Of a DNA stretch of 64,000 nt, positions 1-7,501 are shown in pieces. A program made the position numbers and the translations under genes. Each line of letters starts with the position of its first letter. The stretch's first letter is position 1. The notes beneath the pieces were generated by a model. That model searched no databases. It was not told where the DNA came from and saw only the letters and a list, made by a program, of their open reading frames with translations. The DNA comes from Acidimicrobiia bacterium (GTDB lineage Bacteria > Actinomycetota > Acidimicrobiia > Spongiisociales > ZC4RG35). The stretch is taken from positions 3,962-67,961 of the forward strand of contig JBOGEV010000118.1 in the NCBI GenBank assembly GCA_050742015.1. The letters run 5' to 3'.

Positions 1-309
1 GCTGCGCCGAATCACCCCTCCCCAGTTCGGGAAGCGGGAATGCTCGGGCCAGGGCAGCTCGAGCATGAGCTCATCTCCGGCATAGGAGCGAAGGCCCGTG
101 ATCAGATGGAACTCGGGGACGTCGAAGTCGAAGCCCATGTTCTGGAGTTGGAGCACCGCCCGCGGGGTGAGGCCATCGCCGCACGTCTTGTCGCGGGGGT
201 ACTCCTTCTTCTCGACGAGTGTCACCTGGTGCCCGTCCCGCGCCAGCCAGTAGGCAGCAGCCGAGCCGGCCGGGCCACCACCGACGACGAGCACGGAGGG
301 GGAGGGCAT
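1..309 (-). CDS. FAD-dependent geranylgeranyl-reductase-family oxidoreductase (MenJ-like), N-terminal 103 codons only; remainder lies beyond the window edge
   Basis: Not in the ORF track because it runs off the edge. Reverse complement from 309 reads MPSPSVLVVGGGPAGSAAAYWLARDGHQVTLVEKKEYPRDKTCGDGLTPRAV... This shows a GxGxxG FAD fold plus the PRDKxCGDGLTPRA block typical of this family. Confidence 0.6.
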   Translation of the reverse strand, partial: MPSPSVLVVGGGPAGSAAAYWLARDGHQVTLVEKKEYPRDKTCGDGLTPRAVLQLQNMGFDFDVPEFHLITGLRSYAGDELMLELPWPEHSRFPNWGGVIRRS

Positions 310-380
310 GGGCGCAGAGGTTAGATACCGGCAACCGGTAGCCGGGCCACATGCTCGATCCTGGGGTATAACGTGCGCTT

Positions 381-998
381 GTGAATGAAATCCCAAAGGC
401 CACGGTGGTCAGGCTCCCCCGGTACCTCCGTCTGCTGGAGGACCTGGACTCATCCCGGGATGTGATCAGCTCCGAGGAACTGGCGGTGGCGGCCGGGGCC
501 AACGCAGCGAACGTTCGACGCGACCTCTCTCACCTCGACTTCCACGGGGTCCGTGGCATCGGGTACTCGGTTGGCGAGCTGATGGCCCGGATCCGCCAGG
601 AGCTCGGCATCGCCGAAAGGAGGCGGGTTGCCATCGTCGGAGCCGGCAACCTGGGCCGAGCCCTGGCCAACTACGGAGGGCTGGGACGACGCGGATTCGA
701 TGTAGTCGCCCTTTACGACACCGACGTCCGAAAAGTGGGCTCCAAGGTCGGAAGTGTCACCATCCAGCACCTCGACGTCCTCGACGGTGACTCTCGTTCC
801 GACCTCTTCGAGATCGCCATCCTGGCCGTGCCTGCCGTCGCCGCCCAGCAGGTCGCCGACCGTCTGGTCGAGCACGGGATCCGTTCCATCCTCAACTTCG
901 CCCCGGTCCGGGTCAAGGTTCCCGAAACGGTCTCCGTTCGCCAGGTCGACCTCTCGATGGAGCTACAGGTGTTGAGCTACTACGGCTCCCGTCTTTGA
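381..998 (+). CDS. rex: Redox-sensing transcriptional repressor Rex
   Basis: 205 aa with a GTG start. N-terminal IPKATVVRLPRYLRLL DNA-binding block and VAIVGAGNLGRALANY Rossmann NAD(H) site. Confidence 0.9.
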   Translation: MNEIPKATVVRLPRYLRLLEDLDSSRDVISSEELAVAAGANAANVRRDLSHLDFHGVRGIGYSVGELMARIRQELGIAERRRVAIVGAGNLGRALANYGGLGRRGFDVVALYDTDVRKVGSKVGSVTIQHLDVLDGDSRSDLFEIAILAVPAVAAQQVADRLVEHGIRSILNFAPVRVKVPETVSVRQVDLSMELQVLSYYGSRL

Positions 999-1096
999 TG
1001 GCGGCCGACTTCGACCGAGGCCAACCCTCACAGACGCCAGTCGGCCGCCGCGCGGCCAGGTCACCCTCCAGGCGACCGAGTCCAGTTGTTTTCCTC

Positions 1097-1168
1097 CCGG
1101 AGGGGGATGTGGCCCGTAATTCCCCCCTCCCTGGCTCCGTCGGTAATCCCCCCTTCGGAGGAAAAACG
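1097..1168. repeat. C-rich repeat element, copy A (intergenic, rex / small membrane gene)
   Basis: 1120..1168 aligns to 9196..9245 with 43/49 identical positions and one 1-nt gap (hand alignment). The weaker ccggaggggga / gcggaggaagga similarity lies further 5'. Contains GGAGGGGGA...TCCCCCCTCC complementarity. Confidence 0.55.
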
Positions 1169-1173
1169 ACGCC

Positions 1174-1545
1174 CTAAGCCGAGGACTTCTCTTGTACCTC
1201 TTCGTATTGGTGGAGGGCGACCAGGAAAGCCAGGAACAGGACCAGGGAGACCAACAAATAGGTGATCGGGATGATCCGGATTTCCAAGGCGTTGAGACCC
1301 TCGATGTCGTCGGGCTTGGGGCCACGAGGGGCATAGACCACGAACAGCATCGAGGTGATCGTCAGCCAGCCAAACACCGCCGACCCGGTCACCAGAAAAC
1401 CAAGCCTCTTGCCCAAATTGGTCCAGTTGAACAGGTAGATCGAGCCGTAGAACAACAACACCGCGCCCAGGGTCAAGATGATCCCGGTGACGAAGAGGTT
1501 GGCCGAAAACAACGACCGGAAGAACTCACGGAAGAACACTGACAC
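1174..1545 (-). CDS. Small polytopic membrane protein, last gene of the Rieske/cytochrome b operon
   Basis: 123 aa with 3-4 hydrophobic spans. Overlaps the upstream cytochrome c gene by 20 nt. No family recognised. Confidence 0.55.
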   Translation of the reverse strand: MSVFFREFFRSLFSANLFVTGIILTLGAVLLFYGSIYLFNWTNLGKRLGFLVTGSAVFGWLTITSMLFVVYAPRGPKPDDIEGLNALEIRIIPITYLLVSLVLFLAFLVALHQYEEVQEKSSA

Positions 1546-3448
1546 CCTCCTTCCCGTCCATGTTTCCGGCCCTCAAGAACCGGGCCAACAACTTGATGTC
1601 CTCCACGGCGAGACTTGGACCGAAAGCAGGCATCCGGCCGGAGCCGAATCCGTTAAGACCGTACGGGGTCTCAGCCTCCGAGCCTCGGATCAGGAATTGG
1701 AGCAGGAGGTCGTCCTCGGGGTTCTCGGTGGCATCGCCGAACTGAACGGTGGGCCGGCCGTCCCACAGGGCGGGACCGAAGCCGCCCGAGCCCGCCTCCT
1801 GGGTGTAGGGGACACCGGCACTGAATCCCGCGGTGTGACAACGAGCACAGTTGGAGTTGAAGAGGCCGACAGCCCGCTCCGCCTCCTCGACCGAAGACCC
1901 CATGGCCTCGGCCACGCCATCGAAGTCGATGGAGTACAGCTGGGCCTCGAGTGACTCCTCGAGGAAGTCGAGACCGGCGCCTTCGGTGTCCAGAAGCGTC
2001 TTCTGGTTGTCGGTCGCCACGGTGAGCTGGGAGGCCAAACCCTCCAGGCTCCCGACGAAGGCGCTGGCGGTGGCGGCGTCCGGCTCGCCTCCGACCGAGG
2101 CCGGGTTGGTCGGGTCGAGGCTGATCAGGGTGATCTCGGAGGGTGTGGTGGCCGTGATCGCCGCCCCGACCTGGGTCGTGATGTCGTTCTCGGCAGCGGT
2201 GGAGAGCCCGTCCCCGTCGGGATCGGAGCCGCCCTCGATGGCGGCCGTCGTGGTGGCGAGCAACTCGGTGGCCGCTTCGATCGGTTCCTCAGCTGTCGTC
2301 GCCGCCTCCAGGGCAGCGGCCAGCTCGTTGGCTCCGTCCAGGTCTTCGACGACGCCCGGGACCTCGATCCCCGCCGCCTCAGCGGCGGCACGGGTCTCCT
2401 CGATCTCGGTCAGAGCAGCGGTGCTGAGCCCCACGGCCGGGTCGACGGAGCCGGCCTCGATGGCCGCCTCGACCGCAGCCACGTTGTTGAGGACGATGGG
2501 ATCGGTCTCCGAGGCGGTCTGGAGGGCGGCCAGCGCCTCATCGGCCAGCTCGGCATCCGGTGTCTCCGGGTCGAGGGTCACCGGCTCCATGATGCGGAAC
2601 CCGTCCACGGCCTCCTGGGAGATGGCGCTGAGCTCGGTCTCGGCGGCATCGGAAAGGCCGTCGGCATCGGTGTCCAGCCCGGTGCCCGCTCCGTCGAGAG
2701 CCTGGCGCGAGGCGGTCGCCAACGGCACCAGGAGGTCGGCGTCGGCCGGCGCCGATTCGATGTCGGCGACTACCTGGCTCTGGGTCAGGATGGCGGCTTC
2801 CACGGTGGCGTCGGCACCTTCCAGCGTGCCCAGGGCAGCGCTTATGCCGGGCTCCACCTCTCCCAACGCCTCGGGTTGGGAGATCTGGATCGTCTTCAAA
2901 TAGTTGACGACGTCGACCACCTGCTCCTCGTTGAGAGGCCCGCCACCGGGGACCCCCCAGGCCGGCATCGGGGTGTTGCCCCGCCCGTAGGTGACCCAGA
3001 AATTGACCTCGTCCTCGTCGTACCGGAAGAAGACATCGTTGAGGGAGGGTGCCGCCCAGCTCACGGTCACGCCCGACCGCTTCTCGACATAGGGGGCAAC
3101 CCCACCCGAGCCCTCGGGGCCATGGCAGGAGAAGCAGGCGAACTCCTCCACGATGTGGTCGCCGCGCGCAATGGAACCCGCGGCGAACTCGTCGACGAAG
3201 CCCTGCTGTCGGGCGGGCTCGGTGAGGAAGTACAAAGGGAGGGATATGGCGAGAAAGGCGGAGAACGCAATGGCCGCCTTTTGCCCGCCCTCGAGGCGGC
3301 GGGTCTCGATCTGTTCGTCGTCGATCCCGGGTCGGAGGTTGAGCGACACCTCCTCGCCACCACGGTTGCGGATGGCCGACACGAAGAGCATGCCCAGCCA
3401 GGCGATGCCGGCAACGACGGCGATGACCGTGATGATGCCGGCGGTCAT
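1526..3448 (-). CDS. Membrane-anchored dihaem c-type cytochrome (QcrC-like) with a long acidic insert between the haem domains
   Basis: 640 aa. Two CxxCH motifs (CFSCH aa105-109, CARCH aa534-538) and N-terminal TM helices. ATGA overlap with the Rieske gene at 3445-3448. Confidence 0.8.
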   Translation of the reverse strand: MTAGIITVIAVVAGIAWLGMLFVSAIRNRGGEEVSLNLRPGIDDEQIETRRLEGGQKAAIAFSAFLAISLPLYFLTEPARQQGFVDEFAAGSIARGDHIVEEFACFSCHGPEGSGGVAPYVEKRSGVTVSWAAPSLNDVFFRYDEDEVNFWVTYGRGNTPMPAWGVPGGGPLNEEQVVDVVNYLKTIQISQPEALGEVEPGISAALGTLEGADATVEAAILTQSQVVADIESAPADADLLVPLATASRQALDGAGTGLDTDADGLSDAAETELSAISQEAVDGFRIMEPVTLDPETPDAELADEALAALQTASETDPIVLNNVAAVEAAIEAGSVDPAVGLSTAALTEIEETRAAAEAAGIEVPGVVEDLDGANELAAALEAATTAEEPIEAATELLATTTAAIEGGSDPDGDGLSTAAENDITTQVGAAITATTPSEITLISLDPTNPASVGGEPDAATASAFVGSLEGLASQLTVATDNQKTLLDTEGAGLDFLEESLEAQLYSIDFDGVAEAMGSSVEEAERAVGLFNSNCARCHTAGFSAGVPYTQEAGSGGFGPALWDGRPTVQFGDATENPEDDLLLQFLIRGSEAETPYGLNGFGSGRMPAFGPSLAVEDIKLLARFLRAGNMDGKEGVSVLP

Positions 3449-4335
3449 GCCTCAGCCACAGCGCTGATGCAGCTCGGCCCCTGGGGGTACTCGACACTTG
3501 GCGCGGGTGCCCGGGGCGTTTCGATGATATCCCCGGTCCTGATGAAGAAATTGCCCCCGCGGTTCTCCACGACGAACCGATCGAGGTTGCGTGGCGCGGG
3601 CCCGCCGAAGTACTCACCGGCGGCGTTGTACCTCGAGCCATGGCAGGGGCACTCGAAGCCCTGGGACGGTGCGCACCACGGGACCCGGCACCCGAGATGG
3701 ACACAACGCATGTAGAGCGCCATGAGACCGTCGGTGGCCACGCTCTTGCCCTCGAACTGCTCGGACAGTTCTTGCGGAGCGGGGACCAGGTAGGCCCGGG
3801 CCTCGGGGATGAACAGTGGCAGCACCCCCCCGGTCGATGTGAACACTTGTGAGCGGAGATCGGCAACGGGCCCGGCATCGATATCGGCGCCGAAACCTCC
3901 GGTCAGCTTGGGCCAGAAGAAGGCGAGGTAGTAGAGACCTTGGGCGGCGAGAAAAGTGCCGAAGGTGGCAGTGATGGCCCGATTGAAGAACTGGCGCCGG
4001 CTCACCCCACCCTCCTCGGGCGACACCTCGACTATCCGTTGCTCCTCGATGATCTGGACGCCGGCTCCGGCCCCATTCGCCTCGACCGGCACCGGCTCGA
4101 GCTCCTCAGGCTCGGCCACCTCCTCGACCTCGGGCTCGGCCACGGTCACGACCCGGGGAGGGATGGTCACGGTCCGGGCCGACCTGTCGGCGACTCTGGT
4201 CTCCTCGGTCACCCCAGCGAAGGGATCGGGTTTCTCGGCGGTTTGGGACCGGCGATAGGCGACCGCGAACGCCCCGGCCGCCCCGAGGATCGCCACCACG
4301 GCGACGGCAATCAGGGCGGCGTTGGTCAAGGTCAT
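3445..4335 (-). CDS. Rieske [2Fe-2S] subunit of a cytochrome bc-type complex
   Basis: 296 aa. CVHLGC...CPCHGS Rieske boxes and an N-terminal TM anchor. ATGA overlaps at both ends. Confidence 0.9.
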   Translation of the reverse strand: MTLTNAALIAVAVVAILGAAGAFAVAYRRSQTAEKPDPFAGVTEETRVADRSARTVTIPPRVVTVAEPEVEEVAEPEELEPVPVEANGAGAGVQIIEEQRIVEVSPEEGGVSRRQFFNRAITATFGTFLAAQGLYYLAFFWPKLTGGFGADIDAGPVADLRSQVFTSTGGVLPLFIPEARAYLVPAPQELSEQFEGKSVATDGLMALYMRCVHLGCRVPWCAPSQGFECPCHGSRYNAAGEYFGGPAPRNLDRFVVENRGGNFFIRTGDIIETPRAPAPSVEYPQGPSCISAVAEA

Positions 4336-5495
4336 TCGAACTGCACCCAGTCCTTGAGGTCGTCGAAGAAGACTCCGTCCTGCCAGGGGTAGGAGAAGTT
4401 GAAGCCGAGACCGCGGAACAGCACGCCGAAGATGGTGAGCGTGGCCGCCCCAGCGAGGAACACCGAATAGAGGGCGATGGCGAACTTGCGGTCACTGGGC
4501 CTGGTCGATGGGTTCTTGTCGACGTAGGGCACCAAGAAGAACCCGATGATCCCGGTGACGGTCGGGATCATCACCCCGGCGATCTGAGGGTCGAAGTAGG
4601 ACAGCAGCTCCTGCAGACCGAGGAAGTACCACGGCGCCTTCGACGGGTTGGGAGTGGCGTTGAAGTTGGCCGGATCGAGCAACGGGGAGTGGATGATCAC
4701 CGACAGGATCACCAGGAATCCGGTGATGGCCAGGAGCGCCCCGAACTCCATCAGCATCAGGTGGGGCCAGGTGTTGACCTTGTCCGTGGGCTCCGCTTTG
4801 ACAGCCTGGATCGCCCTGGCCTTGACCACGGTGAGCAGACGCTGGGAGCGCACCCCTTCCGGTGTCCCCTTCGGCGGGACGGTGGGACGGGGGCTGACCA
4901 AAGCCGCCACCTTGCCATTGCCGGCGCCATCGCCCTCCGGAGCGGGGCGATCCTCGACTGCGGTGGCCACGGACGCGGCGGCGGGCTCGGCCGTGGTCGC
5001 GGCCGCTATCTCCTCGGCGGGGGGAGTTCCCCCAGGCTCACCGGGGGCCGCGGGTTCGGCCGCAGGCTCGGCCGCTGGCTCCTCTGTGGCCGACTCCGGC
5101 GGGGACACGGCTTGTTCACTGTCTTCCACCGGCGGCGCTTCGGTGGGCGGGGCAGGGGAAACCTCGGCTTCAGTCTCGGCCTCCACCTCGGGCTCGGCGT
5201 CGGCGGCGTCATCGACCGGGGCCTCTTCCACCGGCTCCGGCTCGTCTTCGACCGACTCGATTGCCTCTTCGATCTCCTCGGAGCGCTCGGCGGCCTCCTC
5301 CATCTCCTCGGCCACGGTCTCTTCAGAGGCCGCCGCGGACTCGGCCTCGCCAGCCGGCTCCGGTTCGGCCGACGGGGGCGGAGTGGGCGGTGCCTCGCCT
5401 TTCATCTCGGCCAGGACCTGCTCAACGGGCAGCCCCAACGCCTTGGCCTTGGCCTCAGCCGACCTTCTGAGAAGACTCTCTGGGATTTCGGTCAT
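4332..5495 (-). CDS. Cytochrome b C-terminal half / subunit IV-type protein with a long acidic N-terminal extension
   Basis: 387 aa. The C-terminal 3-TM region carries NPSKAPWYFLGLQELL (PEWY-type Qo motif region). The N-terminus carries the shared RSA..A.A...G..V..VL module plus a Glu/Ala/Pro-rich linker. Confidence 0.85.
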   Translation of the reverse strand: MTEIPESLLRRSAEAKAKALGLPVEQVLAEMKGEAPPTPPPSAEPEPAGEAESAAASEETVAEEMEEAAERSEEIEEAIESVEDEPEPVEEAPVDDAADAEPEVEAETEAEVSPAPPTEAPPVEDSEQAVSPPESATEEPAAEPAAEPAAPGEPGGTPPAEEIAAATTAEPAAASVATAVEDRPAPEGDGAGNGKVAALVSPRPTVPPKGTPEGVRSQRLLTVVKARAIQAVKAEPTDKVNTWPHLMLMEFGALLAITGFLVILSVIIHSPLLDPANFNATPNPSKAPWYFLGLQELLSYFDPQIAGVMIPTVTGIIGFFLVPYVDKNPSTRPSDRKFAIALYSVFLAGAATLTIFGVLFRGLGFNFSYPWQDGVFFDDLKDWVQFE

Positions 5496-5504
5496 AACGA
5501 CTCC

Positions 5505-6281
5505 TTAGAGCGGCCCGGATATCCCGCCATCCTTGCGCACCCGCCAGAAATGGACGGCGAGGAAGAGCACGAGGATGAACGGCAACGCCAGCACGTGCAG
5601 GACATAGAAGCGGAGCAGGGTGGCGCCGGAGACCTCCACTCCGGCGAGGAGGGCGAACTTGACCTGGCTGCCGACGACGGGGACGAAGCCGGCCATGTTG
5701 GTTCCGACCGTCACCGCCCACAGCGCAAGCTGGTCCCAGGGGAGGAGATATCCGGAGAAAGAGAGGAGCAGGGTCAGGAACAGGAGCACCACGCCGACCA
5801 CCCAGTTGAACTCCCGGGGCGGCTTGTACGCGCCGTGATAGAAGACCCGGCTCATGTGCAGGAACACCGAGAGCACCATCAGATGGGCCCCCCATCGGTG
5901 CATGTTCCGTACCAGAGACCCGAAGGCAACGTTGGTGGACAGAGCCTCGATGTCCGCATAGGCCGTCTCCGCCGACGGCGTGTAATAGAACATGAGGAAG
6001 ATCCCGGTGATGGTCAGCAGGATGAACAGGAAGAAGCTGAGCCCACCCAGACACAGGGTGTAGGAGAGCCTGACCCCGTGCCGCTTTACCTTCACCGGGT
6101 GGAGGTGATAGAGCACGTTGTTCATCACCACATACGACCGGTTCCTCGGGCTGTCCGAGTAACCCTTCTTGAAGGGCGAGCCGGGACGCAGGATCGATTC
6201 CGCGACCTGCGAGCCCCAGAGTTTCTCGTTGGCCTCTTTGATTCTGTCCTTGAGTCCGGTCTTACCGTTGCCGTTGGCCAA
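5505..6281 (-). CDS. Cytochrome b6-type protein (N-terminal, haem-binding half of cytochrome b)
   Basis: 258 aa, 4 TM. Conserved His pairs in [12 protein letters not shown] and [22 protein letters not shown]. Stops where b6-type proteins stop. Confidence 0.9.
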   Translation of the reverse strand: MANGNGKTGLKDRIKEANEKLWGSQVAESILRPGSPFKKGYSDSPRNRSYVVMNNVLYHLHPVKVKRHGVRLSYTLCLGGLSFFLFILLTITGIFLMFYYTPSAETAYADIEALSTNVAFGSLVRNMHRWGAHLMVLSVFLHMSRVFYHGAYKPPREFNWVVGVVLLFLTLLLSFSGYLLPWDQLALWAVTVGTNMAGFVPVVGSQVKFALLAGVEVSGATLLRFYVLHVLALPFILVLFLAVHFWRVRKDGGISGPL

Positions 6282-6289
6282 ACCGCCTC

Positions 6290-6739
6290 CTACCAGCGCA
6301 TTCCATAGGCGTATCCATTCTTGAAGTCACGTTGCCCGGTGTCGAGATCCCACGGGCGCCGATCGAGGCCGAGCTCGGCGGCCTGGTCGGCCAGTGAGCC
6401 CTCGAACTTGCCCAGGGTGATGACATTGGTCGGGCAGCGGTCGACGCAGAGAGCACATCTGGTGCACTCGTCTTCGTCGACAACGAAGAAACCAAGGTTC
6501 TGAGGGTCGTCCCCCGGGTGGTCGACGTTGACCCCTTCGGTGATGGCATCCAGAGACAGGTAGTGGATGCACTTCCAGGGGCAGATGTCGACACAACCCT
6601 CACACAGGATGCACTCCGACTGGTCGATGTGGAGGAACTGCTTCGGGCGCAGTTTGTCGGTGAAGTAGTCACCTTCGACCACCGCCAACTGGTAGTCATC
6701 GCGGTACGGAGGGGTCTCGTCGACGACACCCTTGGGCAT
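6290..6739 (-). CDS. 2x[4Fe-4S] ferredoxin-domain protein encoded inside the bc operon
   Basis: Internal ATG of track ORF 6290..7297 at 6739; 149 aa. Motifs [12 protein letters not shown] and [16 protein letters not shown] overlap with the upstream gene's stop, and 8 nt upstream of the b6 gene. Confidence 0.85.
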   Translation of the reverse strand: MPKGVVDETPPYRDDYQLAVVEGDYFTDKLRPKQFLHIDQSECILCEGCVDICPWKCIHYLSLDAITEGVNVDHPGDDPQNLGFFVVDEDECTRCALCVDRCPTNVITLGKFEGSLADQAAELGLDRRPWDLDTGQRDFKNGYAYGMRW

Positions 6740-7344
6740 CAGCCTTCTCCCCTCACCAATGGCCGCCCGTATGGCGACCTCACTTCGGGCTTCTCCGCCG
6801 ACGGCGGCGGCCCCTGTCTGATCTTCTGCAACTGGATGGTGAACACCGCGGCCGCAACCAGCATCACGATGTGATATCCCATCGAGATGGAGTCCTTGAT
6901 GGCGGCCCAGCTGAGCTGGACATCGTTGCCCAACACCAAGAACGGCGGGATGGCGACGGCCACCCTCTGCGACGACCAGTCGAGATCGGTCTGAGCGAAG
7001 TTGAGCCATTCCGAGGGAACCATCCCGAAGATGAGGACCAGCTCGATCCAGGTGATGAAAGAGGCGAACAGGGCCCGAGCCCAGGTCATCTTCAGGTTGA
7101 GCACCCAGACGAAAAGGGCGCCGACGACCAGCATCTGGGAAGCGGCGAACACCACGAGGTAGCCGAGGCCCTTGAGGATGTGACCTCTCGGGATCCAGTC
7201 GAAGAAGCCGGCATCCTGCTCCGGAGGGAGACTGGTGAAGTGGATCCAGATCACCCCGACGACCAGAGCGAGAAAGCCGAGCCCGAGCAACCCCCATCCG
7301 ATGCTCTTGCGTCTGCTGTCACTCAGTTCTGCCAGGCGGTACAT
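6739..7344 (-). CDS. Polytopic membrane protein, first gene of the bc operon (family not recognised)
   Basis: 201 aa with about 5 hydrophobic spans. Translationally coupled (ATGA) to the ferredoxin gene. Confidence 0.55.
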   Translation of the reverse strand: MYRLAELSDSRRKSIGWGLLGLGFLALVVGVIWIHFTSLPPEQDAGFFDWIPRGHILKGLGYLVVFAASQMLVVGALFVWVLNLKMTWARALFASFITWIELVLIFGMVPSEWLNFAQTDLDWSSQRVAVAIPPFLVLGNDVQLSWAAIKDSISMGYHIVMLVAAAVFTIQLQKIRQGPPPSAEKPEVRSPYGRPLVRGEG

Positions 7345-7501
7345 CTCTCGTCTTCGGGTGCGGTCGAATTACCTGTTCACGTCGTTTGTACCACAACCCG
7401 GGTGTCGTTACAGAACCTGGCGAGCGCGTCAGGGGTGTCTGCGGAAGGAATCGGCCGAGCAGTTATGCTCCCGCCCGTCCCGTTCCGCGACGAGGGAACC
7501 G

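Noticed and set aside
379-396. Rex operator (ROP)-like site TTGTGAA-tgaa-ATCCCAA overlapping the rex start codon
   Set aside because: The left half is perfect, but the right half matches TTCACAA at only 5/7 positions. The site is made up of the GTG start and the first five codons, so it may simply reflect coding sequence. I found no convincing ROP in the 7345..7501 respiratory intergenic region either.
1111-1160. Possible 6C RNA (two hairpins with C-rich loops) in the rex downstream spacer
   Set aside because: One hairpin (CUCCG...CGGAG with a CCCCCC loop) can be drawn, but the first C-run has no convincing enclosing stem. The near-identical copy inside a CDS folds differently. I cannot support an Rfam 6C assignment by eye, so I reported it only as a repeat.
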